Positions 7,758-17,171 of a stretch of 32,786 bases of DNA are shown in pieces (positions within the stretch are counted from its first letter, which is position 1; each line of letters opens with the position of its first letter). The stretch is from Actinomycetota bacterium. Its GTDB lineage: Bacteria > Actinomycetota > Thermoleophilia > Gaiellales > Gaiellaceae. The position numbers were made by a program, and so were the translations under genes. The notes under the pieces were generated by a model that saw only the letters and a list, made by a program, of their open reading frames with translations, was not told where the DNA came from and did no database searches. The stretch lies in NCBI GenBank assembly GCA_046728775.1, contig JBKPFI010000301.1, positions 1 to 32,786 of the forward strand. Reading direction: 5' to 3'.

Positions 7758-7984
7758 GCGAGAACGGGAGCAACCCGGAGCGACGCACCTCTCGCCATCC
7801 CTATCGCGACAGTGCGATCGCCTACGGCGTGATGGGAACGGTCGTCGTCGTACTGGCGTATACGACCGGTAGCGGCGTGATCAAGTCCTTCGTCGGGGGA
7901 GCGGTCGCGTTCGTTCTCGCCACCGCATGGACGTGGTGGCGGCTGCGCTCGCGGGAACGGGCTCCGGAGCGGCAAAAGCCATGA
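7754..7984 (+). CDS. Small predicted membrane protein (two hydrophobic helices) embedded in the hut operon
   Basis: 76 aa. Its GTG start overlaps the hutH stop (GTGA) and its stop overlaps the hutU ATG (ATGA). Two hydrophobic segments are present ([16 protein letters not shown] and [17 protein letters not shown]). No family is recognised. Confidence 0.6.
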   Translation: MSENGSNPERRTSRHPYRDSAIAYGVMGTVVVVLAYTTGSGVIKSFVGGAVAFVLATAWTWWRLRSRERAPERQKP

Positions 7985-9705
7985 GCGCCACGCGCTCGGC
8001 CGAAGCGGCCGCCGAGGCGCTCTGCGGAGACCTCTCGGGCATCCGCGCGCCGCGGGGGACCGAGCTGAACGCCCGCTCCTGGGCGACGGAGGCGCCGCTG
8101 CGGATGCTCCTGAACAACCTCGACGCCGAGGTCGCCGAACGGCCCGAGGAGCTCGTCGTCTACGGCGGCTCGGGCAAAGCCGCTCGCAATCCCCAGGCGC
8201 TGCGCGCGCTCGTCAGGTCGCTGCTGACGCTGGGCGACGACGAGACGCTTCTCGTCCAGAGCGGCAAGCCCGTCGGCGTGTTGCGGACGCACGCTTGGGC
8301 GCCTCGCGTGCTCATCGCAAACTCGCTGCTCGTGCCGCGCTGGGCAACGTGGGACGAGTTCCGCCGCTTGGAGGCCCTCGGCCTAACGATGTTCGGGCAG
8401 ATGACGGCCGGGAGCTGGATCTACATCGGCAGCCAGGGGATCCTGCAGGGGACGTACCAGACGTTCGTCGCGGCGGGCGAAAAGCACTTCGGCTCGGGGG
8501 ACCTGTCCGGGCGCACGATCTTGACGGCAGGGCTCGGTGGGATGGGCGGCGCGCAGCCGCTCGCGGCGACGCTCGCCGGGGCGGCGATTCTATGCGTTGA
8601 GGTCGACCCCGAGCGAATCCGGCGGCGGCTCGAGACGCGGTACCTCGACGAGGCCTCCGACTCGCTGGAGGATGCGCTCGAGCGGGTGCGAGCCGCGGCA
8701 CGAGAAGGGCGCGCGCTCTCGGTCGGGTTGCTCGGCAACGCTGCGGAGGTCGTCCCCGAGCTGGCTCGGCGCGGCGAGCGGTTCGACTTCGTCACCGACC
8801 AGACTGCGGCACACGATCCGCTTAACGGCTACGTCCCGGCCGGGCTCTCCGTCGACGAGGCGGCCGCGCTGCGCTCGAGCGATGCCGATGCGTACTTGCA
8901 GCGGGCACGGGAGTCAATCGCCCGGCACGTCGAGGGCCTGCTGGACTACGTCCGGGCCGGCAGTTATGTTTTCGATTATGGCAACAACCTTCGAGGGGAG
9001 GCTCTAGAGGCCGGGGTAGAGGAGGCGTTCACATACCCGGGCTTCGTCCCGGCCTATATCCGGCCGCTGTTCTGCCGCGGAGTCGGGCCGTTCCGTTGGG
9101 CAGCGCTCTCGGGCGATCCGGACGACATCGCCGTCATCGATCGGAAGCTCCTCGAGCTGTTTCCGGACGACGCCGCACTCCAGCGCTGGCTGACGGTCGC
9201 TGCCGGACGTGTCCCGTTTCAAGGCCTTCCGGCTCGCATCTGCTGGCTCGGGCTCGGTGATCGTGCCCGCGCGGGGCGTGCGATCAACGAGCTCGTCCGA
9301 GACGGCCAGGTCAAGGCGCCGATCGTGATCGGGCGCGACCATCTCGACTCTGGCTCGGTCGCGTCGCCGTACCGCGAGACCGAGGCGATGCAGGACGGGT
9401 CCGACGCGATCGCCGACTGGCCGATCCTGAACGCTCTGCTCAACGTCGCTGCGGGCGCGACGTGGGTGAGCGTGCACCACGGCGGAGGTGTCGGGATCGG
9501 CAACTCGATCCACGCGGGCATGGTCGTCGTCGCCGACGGCAGTGACGAGATGGCAGAGCGGCTCGAACGTGTGCTCACGACCGATCCGGGCACTGGCGTG
9601 CTCCGGCACGCAGACGCCGGCTACACGGAGGCGCTCGCAGCTGCAGACGAGCACGGCCTCGAGTTGCCGCTGCCGCCGACCTCGTCGTCGCCGGGCGGCT
9701 TGTGA
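7981..9705 (+). CDS. hutU: Urocanate hydratase
   Basis: 574 aa from ATG 7981. The N-terminus [50 protein letters not shown] is typical of urocanase. ORF-track start 7927 adds 18 codons that overlap the small ORF. Confidence 0.92.
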   Translation: MSATRSAEAAAEALCGDLSGIRAPRGTELNARSWATEAPLRMLLNNLDAEVAERPEELVVYGGSGKAARNPQALRALVRSLLTLGDDETLLVQSGKPVGVLRTHAWAPRVLIANSLLVPRWATWDEFRRLEALGLTMFGQMTAGSWIYIGSQGILQGTYQTFVAAGEKHFGSGDLSGRTILTAGLGGMGGAQPLAATLAGAAILCVEVDPERIRRRLETRYLDEASDSLEDALERVRAAAREGRALSVGLLGNAAEVVPELARRGERFDFVTDQTAAHDPLNGYVPAGLSVDEAAALRSSDADAYLQRARESIARHVEGLLDYVRAGSYVFDYGNNLRGEALEAGVEEAFTYPGFVPAYIRPLFCRGVGPFRWAALSGDPDDIAVIDRKLLELFPDDAALQRWLTVAAGRVPFQGLPARICWLGLGDRARAGRAINELVRDGQVKAPIVIGRDHLDSGSVASPYRETEAMQDGSDAIADWPILNALLNVAAGATWVSVHHGGGVGIGNSIHAGMVVVADGSDEMAERLERVLTTDPGTGVLRHADAGYTEALAAADEHGLELPLPPTSSSPGGL

Positions 9706-10943
9706 CCGCAGGCGCCGACGGCGCGCCTCGGCTGCTCGTTCGGGACCTCGCGCAGCTTGCGACGCCATCAGGCGTGGTGCGGCCGCCCCTGCGCGGCGCA
9801 ACGCTTCGCGAGGTAGATGTGATCGAGGGGGCGTACGTCCTCTGCGAGGCGGGTCGCATCGCCGCGATGGGGCCGATGCAGGACTTGGGCCGGGTCGCCG
9901 GCGAGGTCGAGGAGCTCGACGGCACCGGCCTCTGCGCCGTCCCCGGGCTCGTCGACTGCCACACGCATCCGTGCTTCCTCGGCGATCGCGTCGACGAGTT
10001 CGCGCTCCGCGCCGCGGGTGCGACCTACGAGGAGCTGCACGCGGCGGGCGGTGGCATCCTCTCGACGGTCGGCGCCACTCGCGCAGGTGGTGAAGCCGAG
10101 CTCCACGCTGCCGTCCGGCGGCACCGTGACTGGATGCTGCGTGCCGGCACGACGACGTTCGAGGGCAAGTCGGGCTACGGGCTCGACCGCGAGACGGAGC
10201 TGGCCTCGCTGCGCGCGATCGCCGACGCGGACGGCTCGCCCACCTGGCTCGGCGCCCACGCGGTACCTCCCGAGTTCGACGACGGCGATGCGTACCTTGA
10301 CTTCGCCCTCGCCGAGGTACTGGCGGACGCCGCGCGGATCGCCGATGCGGCCGACGTGTTCGTCGAGGACGGAGCGTTCAACGTGGCGCAGGCGCGTCGC
10401 TACCTGGAGGCGTGCCGGGACGCTGGCCTTGCGCTGCGCCTGCACGGGGACCAATTCAGCGAGCGTGGTGCAATCGACCTGGCGATCGAGCTCGGCGCAC
10501 GCTCGGTCGACCATCTCGAGGCAACGGGCGAACAGGGCGTCCGGGCGCTGGCGGCAAGCGACGTCGCGGCCGTGTTACTGCCCGCGAGCGCGATTTTCCT
10601 CGACCGGCCGCTGCCGCCGGCGCGACAGCTTGTCGATGCCGGGGCCGTCGTCGCGCTCGCGACCGACTTCAATCCCGGCAGCGCGTTCTGCGAGAGCCTG
10701 CCGCTCGTGTGCGCCCTTGCGTGTACACAGCTTCACCTCGCGCCTGCCGAAGCGCTTGCCTGCTGCACGCTCAACGCCGCGCACGTACTGGGTCGGGCCG
10801 AACGCTGCGGCCGTATCGCGCGCGGCAAAGACGCGGACCTCGTTCTCCTCGATGCACCTGACTGGCGGTATCTCGCGTATCACCTGGGCGGCGACCTCGT
10901 CGCGGCGGTGGTTCGCCGCGGCGCCGTCGCCTGGAGCCGCTGA
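9702..10943 (+). CDS. hutI: Imidazolonepropionase
   Basis: 413 aa. The GTG start overlaps the hutU stop (GTGA). It has amidohydrolase-fold motifs CHTHPCFLG ... YGLD ... VDHLE and lies in hut context. Confidence 0.9.
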   Translation: MTAGADGAPRLLVRDLAQLATPSGVVRPPLRGATLREVDVIEGAYVLCEAGRIAAMGPMQDLGRVAGEVEELDGTGLCAVPGLVDCHTHPCFLGDRVDEFALRAAGATYEELHAAGGGILSTVGATRAGGEAELHAAVRRHRDWMLRAGTTTFEGKSGYGLDRETELASLRAIADADGSPTWLGAHAVPPEFDDGDAYLDFALAEVLADAARIADAADVFVEDGAFNVAQARRYLEACRDAGLALRLHGDQFSERGAIDLAIELGARSVDHLEATGEQGVRALAASDVAAVLLPASAIFLDRPLPPARQLVDAGAVVALATDFNPGSAFCESLPLVCALACTQLHLAPAEALACCTLNAAHVLGRAERCGRIARGKDADLVLLDAPDWRYLAYHLGGDLVAAVVRRGAVAWSR

Positions 10944-10964
10944 CCCCGCGCTACGCTTGGACCG

Positions 10965-11396
10965 ATGCCGACGCGCAAGCAGCGCCGCCGGCGCCAGAAG
11001 GAGCGCCGGCACGAATACGAGTACGTCTACGTCGACGAAACGGGCCAGGAGGTGGAGGTCGACGAGGACGAGGCCGGCGACTCGCCAGCGCGTCGAAACG
11101 GCAAGCGCGACTCGAAGACGCCCGCGCGGAAGGCGCAGCAGAATCGGCCGGTCCGTCCGGTCTCACCGCCGTCGTGGAGGAAGGTCGGCAAGCGGGCGCT
11201 CGTGTTCGGCCCCTTGATCTTCATCGCGTTCTCGCTGATCAACAGCGGCCAGCCGGTCGCGCAGCGCCTGGCCGTGGCGGCCGTCTACACCGCGTTTTTC
11301 GTGCCCTTGATGTACCTGATGGACCGCACGATGTACCGGTCGTACCTCAGGCGCACCGGCCAGCAGGCTCCGCAGCGGCCGGCGCGGAAGCGCTAG
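10965..11396 (+). CDS. Hypothetical membrane protein (basic/acidic N-terminus, two C-terminal TM helices)
   Basis: 143 aa with ATG start 21 nt after hutI and G/C-rich third positions. Hydrophobic segments are ALVFGPLIFIAFSLI and LAVAAVYTAFFVPLMYL. No family is recognised. Confidence 0.6.
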   Translation: MPTRKQRRRRQKERRHEYEYVYVDETGQEVEVDEDEAGDSPARRNGKRDSKTPARKAQQNRPVRPVSPPSWRKVGKRALVFGPLIFIAFSLINSGQPVAQRLAVAAVYTAFFVPLMYLMDRTMYRSYLRRTGQQAPQRPARKR

Positions 11397-11643
11397 GTCG
11401 CGGCCGCCCCGCGCTCGTCGCCCCGGTAGTGGCCGGGCCCCGGCCACGGTGCGAAGGAAGAGCAGTAGACGCGCACCGTCGCGGGTCGATACCGACCCCC
11501 GCTCCTCCGGCTCGAAGAAGAAGAGCATCCCGGGCGCCGCCTCGATCGTCTCGTTTCCCGCCTCGAGGTTCCAGTGCTTTACGTCCGAGCCCGTACCTGC
11601 TCGTACGTCTCTCACACGGACACACTTTCGGCACTCCTGCGGC

Positions 11644-11716
11644 ACAGACACGTGCGCCGGCCGCCGCTAGGCTCGCAGTGGGGAGGAGGCCGGGCGCACC
11701 TGAAACAAGGGACGCT
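11644..11716 (+). promoter_or_regulatory. Candidate promoter plus conserved 5'-leader block of the MBL-hisS-aspS operon (copy B)
   Basis: CAGACA (11645-11650), 17 nt, TAGGCT (11668-11673), then 6 nt, then GGGGAGGAGGCCGGGCG (11680-11696). The architecture is the same as at 6105-6176. Confidence 0.45.
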
Positions 11717-11815
11717 CGAACCGGCCGCGCAAGCGGCCGAGTGGCCATTCTCGCCCGAGTGCCACCCAACGAGGGCGCCGGCGTGCCAACCAACGCGGAC
11801 GGCCGGGAGCGGCGG

Positions 11816-12493
11816 ATGTGCCCGGTTAGACTCAGCGTCCTGGTGAGCACGCCGTCCACACTCGCCGTCGACCGTTACGAGCTCGGCCCGATCGGGACGA
11901 ACTGCTACGTCGTCCGCGCCTCCCGCGGCGCGCAGGACGCGGTCGTCATCGACCCGGGCGGGGACGCCGCCGAGCTGCGCCTCGAGCTCGCCCGCGCGGG
12001 CGCGCGCTGCGCCGCGATCCTGATCACGCACGGCCACTGGGATCATCTGGGCGCCGTCGCCGATCTCGCCGAGGGCACCGGAGCCCCCGTCTACATGGCC
12101 GAGGACGAGCGCGCCTTGCTGGAGAACCTGCCCGACCTCGTCCCGGCCGGCGTGGTCGCGCGTCCGTACACGGCCGACACGTTCCTCAACGGCGACGAGA
12201 CGCTCGAGCTCGCCGGAATCGCCTTCGAGACGCTTCGCGTGCCGGGACACTCTCCGGCACACCTCGCCTACCACGCCGAAGGCTGCCTCTTCTCCGGCGA
12301 CGTCCTCTTCGCGGGCTCGGTCGGCCGCACCGACCTCCCGGGCGCCGACTGGGAGACGCTCGTCGAGTCGCTGCGGCTGCTCACCGTGCGCTTCCCGCCC
12401 GAGACCCGCGTCTACCCCGGCCACGGCCCGCCCACGACGCTCGGCGGCGAGCTCGACCGCAACCCGTTCCTGGCCCCGCTGCGCGCGTCGTGA
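11816..12493 (+). CDS. MBL-fold metallo-hydrolase (glyoxalase II-like)
   Basis: 225 aa from ATG 11816, with GGGAG 6 nt upstream; GTG 11843 is an alternative start. The metal motif ITHGHWDHLG is present, plus HSPAHL and a distal GH. It sits directly upstream of hisS, as in mycobacteria. The rest of ORF 11174..12493 is over-extension. Confidence 0.85.
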   Translation: MCPVRLSVLVSTPSTLAVDRYELGPIGTNCYVVRASRGAQDAVVIDPGGDAAELRLELARAGARCAAILITHGHWDHLGAVADLAEGTGAPVYMAEDERALLENLPDLVPAGVVARPYTADTFLNGDETLELAGIAFETLRVPGHSPAHLAYHAEGCLFSGDVLFAGSVGRTDLPGADWETLVESLRLLTVRFPPETRVYPGHGPPTTLGGELDRNPFLAPLRAS

Positions 12494-13722
12494 CGACCTT
12501 CGAGGCGCCGCGAGGCACCCACGACATCCTCCCGCAAGACCAGCCGCTCTGGCGGCTCGTCGCGGGCGAGGCCGAGCGGCTCTGCTCGCTCTACGGCTAC
12601 CGGCCCATCCAGACGCCCGCCTTCGAGGACACGGCACTCTTCCAGCGCACCTCTGGGGCCGGCTCGGACGTCGTGCAGAAGGAGATGTACACCTTCGAGG
12701 ACCGGGGCGGCCGCTCGCTCACGCTCCGTCCGGAAGGCACGGCGCCGATCGCGCGCGCCTACCTCGAGCACGGCCTCCACCGCGAAGGCCAGCCGGTCAA
12801 GCTCTACACGATCGCGCCCATGTATCGGTACTCAGCGCCGCAGCGCGGCCGCTACCGCGAGCACTGGCAGCTCTCGGTCGAGGCGATCGGCTCCGCCGAC
12901 CCGGCGATCGACGCCGAGCTGATCCAACTCTATGCCGAGCTCCTCGCGCGCCTCGGCGTGACCGAGTACCGCCTGCTGCTGAACTCCATCGGCGACGAGA
13001 AGTGCCGCCCCGCATACGTCGAGCGCCTCATCGCGTGGCTCGACGAGCACGCGGATGTGCTCGATGAGGACGCGCGGCAGAAGCGGGCGACGAACCCGCT
13101 GCGCGTCTTCGACGTGAAGAGCCCGGACGTCCAGGAGGCGCTTGCCGAGGCACCGAAGATCGGCGACGCCCTCTGCGACGAGTGCCGAGCGCACTTCGAG
13201 GCCGTCCAGGCGCACCTGGAGAACTACGCGGTCGAGTTCACGCTCGAGCCGACCCTCGTGCGCGGCCTCGACTACTACACCCGCACGGCCTTCGAGTTCG
13301 TCGACGAGGCGATCGGCGCGCAGAGCGCGATCGTCGGCGGCGGACGCTATGACGGCCTGATCGAGGAGCTCGGAGGCCCGCCGACCCCGGGAATCGGCTT
13401 CGGTGCGGGAATCGAGCGCCTGCTCCTCTCGCTCGAGGCGGCCGGCGTGACCGCGCCCTCCGAGGAGCTCGACGTCTTCGTGGCTCTACATGAGAGCGAG
13501 GACAAGCCGCGCGTCCTGCCCCTCGTGCAGGAGTTACGACGCCAGGGTCTCAGCGCCGAGCTCGACTATGCCGACCGCTCGCTCAAGGGGCAGCTCACGC
13601 ACGCCCGGCGGCTTGGCGCCAGGGCGATCGTGGAGTGGGGGCCGGAGCGCTCGACGGTGCGTAGGCCCGGGCAGCGCGACGAAGAGGTTCCAACCGCGGA
13701 GCTGGTGGAGCGGCTCAAGTGA
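12490..13722 (+). CDS. hisS: Histidine--tRNA ligase
   Basis: 410 aa. The GTG start overlaps the upstream stop (GTGA). Motifs: APRGTHDILP, LRPEGTAPIARAY, YRYSAPQRGRYREHWQ and GGGRYDGL. Confidence 0.93.
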   Translation: MTTFEAPRGTHDILPQDQPLWRLVAGEAERLCSLYGYRPIQTPAFEDTALFQRTSGAGSDVVQKEMYTFEDRGGRSLTLRPEGTAPIARAYLEHGLHREGQPVKLYTIAPMYRYSAPQRGRYREHWQLSVEAIGSADPAIDAELIQLYAELLARLGVTEYRLLLNSIGDEKCRPAYVERLIAWLDEHADVLDEDARQKRATNPLRVFDVKSPDVQEALAEAPKIGDALCDECRAHFEAVQAHLENYAVEFTLEPTLVRGLDYYTRTAFEFVDEAIGAQSAIVGGGRYDGLIEELGGPPTPGIGFGAGIERLLLSLEAAGVTAPSEELDVFVALHESEDKPRVLPLVQELRRQGLSAELDYADRSLKGQLTHARRLGARAIVEWGPERSTVRRPGQRDEEVPTAELVERLK

Positions 13723-15461
13723 GATGGCGCGACCTGAAGGCGGGCGAGCTCCGCAAGGAGCACGTCGGCCTGCGCCTCGCGCTCGCCGGGTGGGCCGCAC
13801 GGCGGCGCGACCACGGCGGGCTCGTCTTCATCGACGTGCGCGACGAGGACGGGGTCGCGCAGCTCGTCGTCAACCCGGAGCGGGCGCCGGAAGCCGCCGC
13901 CACAGCCCACGAGGTGCGCAACGAGTTCGTGATCCGCGCCGCGGGCGAGGTCGCCGCCCGCGCGCCCGAGGCGGTCAATCCCAACCTTCCGACGGGCGAG
14001 GTCGAGCTCCAGGTGGACGAGCTCGAGATCGTCTCGCGCTCGGAGCCGCTCCCGTTCCAGCTCGACGACGACAACGTGGACGAGGCCACGCGCCTGCGCT
14101 ACCGCTACCTCGACCTGCGCCGCCCCCACATGCAGGGCAACCTGCGCCTCTCGGCGGCCGTGGTTGCGGCGATCCGCCGCTTCATGGACGAGCAGGGCTT
14201 CGTCGACGTGTGGACGCCGAACCTGACCAGGGCGACTCCCGAAGGCGCGCGCGACTTCCTCGTCCCGGTGCGCCTCCAGCCCGGCCGCTTCTTCGCGCTG
14301 CCGCAGTCGCCGCAGATCTTCAAGCAGATCCTGATGGTGGCCGGGTTCGGCCGCTACTACCAGATCGCAACCTGCTTCCGGGACGAGGACCTCCGCGCCG
14401 ACCGCCAGTTCGAGTTCCGCCAGCTCGACCTCGAGCTCTCGTTCCCGACGCGCGAAGAGGTCTGGGAGACGCTCGAGGGGGCGGTGGTCGCCTCGTTCGA
14501 CGCGCTGGGCCGCGAGCCGCCGGCCCGTCCGTTCCTCAGGCTCACCTGGCACGAGGCGATGGCGCGCTTCGGCTCGGACAAGCCCGACCTGCGCTTCGGG
14601 CTCGAGCTCCACGATCTGACGGAGCAGACGCGCGACTCCGAGTTCAAGGTCTTCGCGCAGGCGCCGAGCGTCCAGTACCTGACCGTGCCCCAGGAGCTGT
14701 CGCGGGCCGAGCTGGCCTCGCTCGAGGGGCTGGCGAAGGAGTGGGGCGGCAAGGGGCTCGCGTACCTCGTCTTCGACGAGGAGGGCGAGGTGCGCTCGCC
14801 GATCGCGAAGTTCCTCTCGGCGGAGGTGATCGAGGCGGTGCGGCCGGACCAGCCCGGGGCGACGGTGCTGTTCGGCGCGGACGAGCCGGCCACGGTCGCG
14901 CGCGTGCTCTCCGCGGTGCGCAATCACCTCGGCCGCGAGCTCGGCCTGATTGACGAGACGCGCGACGAGCTCCTCTGGGTGACCGACTTCCCGCTCTTCC
15001 AGTGGGACGAGGACGGAAAGCGCTGGACCTTCAGCCACCACCCGTTCACCGGCGTGCGACCTGGCGACGAGGACTTGATCGAGGCCGACCCGGGCCGGGC
15101 CCTGAGCCAGGCGTACGACCTGGTCTGGAACGGCTGGGAGCTCGGCTCCGGCTCGATCCGGATCCACGATCCCGAGACCCAGCGGCGTGTGTTCGCGGCG
15201 ATGGGCATCAGCGCCGAGGAGGCCGAAGAGCGGTTCGGCTTCCTGCTCGAGGTGCTGCGCATGGGAGCGCCGCCGCACGGCGGCTTCGCGCTCGGGCTCG
15301 AGCGGTTCGTCGCTCTGCTCGCGGGCGAGCAGAACATCCGCGAGGTGGTCGCGTTCCCGAAGACGGCGAGCGGCTCCGAGCCGCTGAGCGGCGCGCCCAC
15401 GCCGATCACGCAGGACATCCTCGCCGAGCTCGGAATTGAGGTTCTGCCGCAAGAAACCTGA
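13719..15461 (+). CDS. aspS: Aspartate--tRNA ligase
   Basis: 580 aa. The GTG start overlaps the hisS stop (GTGA). An N-terminal OB anticodon-binding domain (GWAARRRDHGGLVFIDVRD) is followed by class II motifs FRDEDLRADRQFEFRQLD and GGFALGLERFV. Confidence 0.93.
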   Translation: MRWRDLKAGELRKEHVGLRLALAGWAARRRDHGGLVFIDVRDEDGVAQLVVNPERAPEAAATAHEVRNEFVIRAAGEVAARAPEAVNPNLPTGEVELQVDELEIVSRSEPLPFQLDDDNVDEATRLRYRYLDLRRPHMQGNLRLSAAVVAAIRRFMDEQGFVDVWTPNLTRATPEGARDFLVPVRLQPGRFFALPQSPQIFKQILMVAGFGRYYQIATCFRDEDLRADRQFEFRQLDLELSFPTREEVWETLEGAVVASFDALGREPPARPFLRLTWHEAMARFGSDKPDLRFGLELHDLTEQTRDSEFKVFAQAPSVQYLTVPQELSRAELASLEGLAKEWGGKGLAYLVFDEEGEVRSPIAKFLSAEVIEAVRPDQPGATVLFGADEPATVARVLSAVRNHLGRELGLIDETRDELLWVTDFPLFQWDEDGKRWTFSHHPFTGVRPGDEDLIEADPGRALSQAYDLVWNGWELGSGSIRIHDPETQRRVFAAMGISAEEAEERFGFLLEVLRMGAPPHGGFALGLERFVALLAGEQNIREVVAFPKTASGSEPLSGAPTPITQDILAELGIEVLPQET

Positions 15462-15527
15462 CGGCCTGCCGATACAGCAGTCATACTTTTCGCGAGCATG
15501 GATCGAGCTAGGAGGGCGAGCTAGCAG

Positions 15528-16439
15528 ATGGCAACCGAGGGCCACGAACGAGCGGAGCAGGCGCCCGCGCTGACGTCGCTGCCGCGGGTCGAAGACCTGC
15601 CGAGCGCAGCCGACGGCTACGACCGCGAGAGAGTGCGAGAAGCGTTCGAGGCCTTCCGCAGGCATGCCACCCAGCTCCAGGTGCAGCTGCGCGTGCTGCA
15701 GGCGGCCGGCGGCAGCGCCGAGCCAACGGGCCACGCGGTGCGCATGGATTCGCTGCACATGATCCGCGCTGCCGCGGAGATGGCCGACACGATCGAGCGT
15801 GACGCGCAGACGGCCTCGGCGGCTCAGCTGCGCCGGACCGAAGAGGAGGTGGCGCGGCGCCAGCGCGACCTGCAGGAGCGGCAGGCCGAGGTCGACCGCT
15901 ACCGGCAGGAGAGCGAGCGGCAGCGCGCAGAGATGCTGAACGCGGCGAAGAGCGAGTCGCGGCAGACCCTCCAGGACGCCAACCAACAGGCGGCGCAGGA
16001 GATCTCCGAGGCCGAGTCGCGGGCGGCGCGGCTGCTCGAGCAGGCGCGTCACCAGGCGACGGAGCTCACGAACGCGACGCGCGCCGAGATCGAGCAGACG
16101 CTCGAGTGGGCGCGGGGACAGGCCGCGGCGATCATCAGCCGAGCCCAGGAAGGCGCGGAGCAGCTCCTCGGCGCCGCCGGCCTCGGCGAGGACGCCGTCG
16201 GTCGCGTGGCCCAGTCGATCGTCAGCGCGGCGGAGGCCGCCGCGCAGGCGAGCAGGGGCGGGCCTCCCGCCGGTCCCGTGGCGGCCCCGCAGACGTCCGA
16301 GCCCGGGCGCGCCCAGGAGCCGGAGGCCGAGCCTCAGGAGCCGCCGGTTTCGCCACCCGTTTCGCCCGGCCCCTCGCCGCCCGGCACGCAGGACGCCGGC
16401 GACCGGGCGCCCGAGGGCGAAGACCAGAGCACTAGCTAG
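15528..16439 (+). CDS. DivIVA-domain coiled-coil protein with Pro-rich C-terminus
   Basis: 303 aa with ATG start. The N-terminal DGYDRERVREAFEAFRRH resembles the DivIVA (R)GYDxxEVDxFL motif. A long Gln/Glu/Arg/Ala heptad-like coiled-coil stretch follows. Confidence 0.72.
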   Translation: MATEGHERAEQAPALTSLPRVEDLPSAADGYDRERVREAFEAFRRHATQLQVQLRVLQAAGGSAEPTGHAVRMDSLHMIRAAAEMADTIERDAQTASAAQLRRTEEEVARRQRDLQERQAEVDRYRQESERQRAEMLNAAKSESRQTLQDANQQAAQEISEAESRAARLLEQARHQATELTNATRAEIEQTLEWARGQAAAIISRAQEGAEQLLGAAGLGEDAVGRVAQSIVSAAEAAAQASRGGPPAGPVAAPQTSEPGRAQEPEAEPQEPPVSPPVSPGPSPPGTQDAGDRAPEGEDQSTS

Positions 16440-16448
16440 TCTCGTCGC

Positions 16449-17171
16449 ATGCTTCCGGGCCGGTTCGGTCTCCGCTTCGCGTTCGAGGCGCTGTTCCTCG
16501 TGCTCCTCGGCATCGGCGCCGGCCTTGCCGACCTGCGGCCGCTCGTCATCGTGATCGTGATGGCGGCCGGGTGGCTGCTGGTCGCGCTGATCGAGCTGAC
16601 AGCAGAGCGGATGGCCGCGGCGCCGCTCTCGTACGTGCTCCCGCAGCCCGCGGAGGCGCAGGTCGCCGACGAGGAGGAGCAGGTCTTCTGGCCGCCGCCG
16701 GAGGAGCGGACCGTCGTCGCTCCGCCGGAGCAGCGCCCAGAGCCCGAGCCCGAACCGGAGCCGGTAGCCGAGGCTGCGCCCGAGCCCGAGCCCGAGCCTG
16801 AGCCCGAACCGGAGCCGGAGCCCGAGCCCGAACCGGAGCCGGTAGCCGAGGCTTCGCCCGAGCCTGAGCCCGAACCGAAGCCCGAGCCACCGGCGCTCCC
16901 GGTCGCCGAGCCGGAGCTGCCGGCCGAAGAGCCCCGGCTGCCGGCCGAGGAGCCCCTCGAGCCCGAACCACGCCGGCGGCTCGGCTTCCTGCGCCGCCGC
17001 GAACGCGTCGAGGAGCCGGAGCCCGCACCGCCGCCGAGGCACGTGAGGCTGCTCCCGCGGCGCACGGCTGAGGAGTCCGAGCGCGAGCCGAGCCGGGCCG
17101 AACAGGAGGTAGCAGAGCTCTTCGGCGCCGGAGCCTCCGAGGCCGAGGAGCGTGAGGAGCGCGGCGGGTGA
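16449..17171 (+). CDS. Membrane protein with two N-terminal TM helices and a (Glu-Pro)n / acidic low-complexity tail
   Basis: 240 aa with ATG start 9 nt after the previous stop. TM segments are [17 protein letters not shown] and [15 protein letters not shown], followed by PEPEPEPEP arrays. Confidence 0.7.
   Translation: MLPGRFGLRFAFEALFLVLLGIGAGLADLRPLVIVIVMAAGWLLVALIELTAERMAAAPLSYVLPQPAEAQVADEEEQVFWPPPEERTVVAPPEQRPEPEPEPEPVAEAAPEPEPEPEPEPEPEPEPEPEPVAEASPEPEPEPKPEPPALPVAEPELPAEEPRLPAEEPLEPEPRRRLGFLRRRERVEEPEPAPPPRHVRLLPRRTAEESEREPSRAEQEVAELFGAGASEAEEREERGG
16737..16889 (+). repeat. In-frame hexanucleotide (GAGCCS)n array encoding (Glu-Pro)n, containing a 47-nt near-perfect direct duplication
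   Basis: 16740-16786 and 16818-16864 are identical at 46 of 47 nt (G/T difference). The offset is 78 nt, or 26 codons. Confidence 0.85.

Noticed and set aside
11680-11815. T-box riboswitch in front of hisS.
   Set aside because: I found no T-box core sequence (AAnnnGGGUGGUACCGCG-like) and no recognisable specifier-loop architecture. The same block also precedes a catabolic hut operon, which a tRNA-starvation switch would not be expected to control.
16737-16889. The tandem repeat array considered as a CRISPR, minisatellite or mobile element.
   Set aside because: The repeats are contiguous hexamers in frame within a CDS, encoding Glu-Pro. There are no spacers and no cas or transposase genes.
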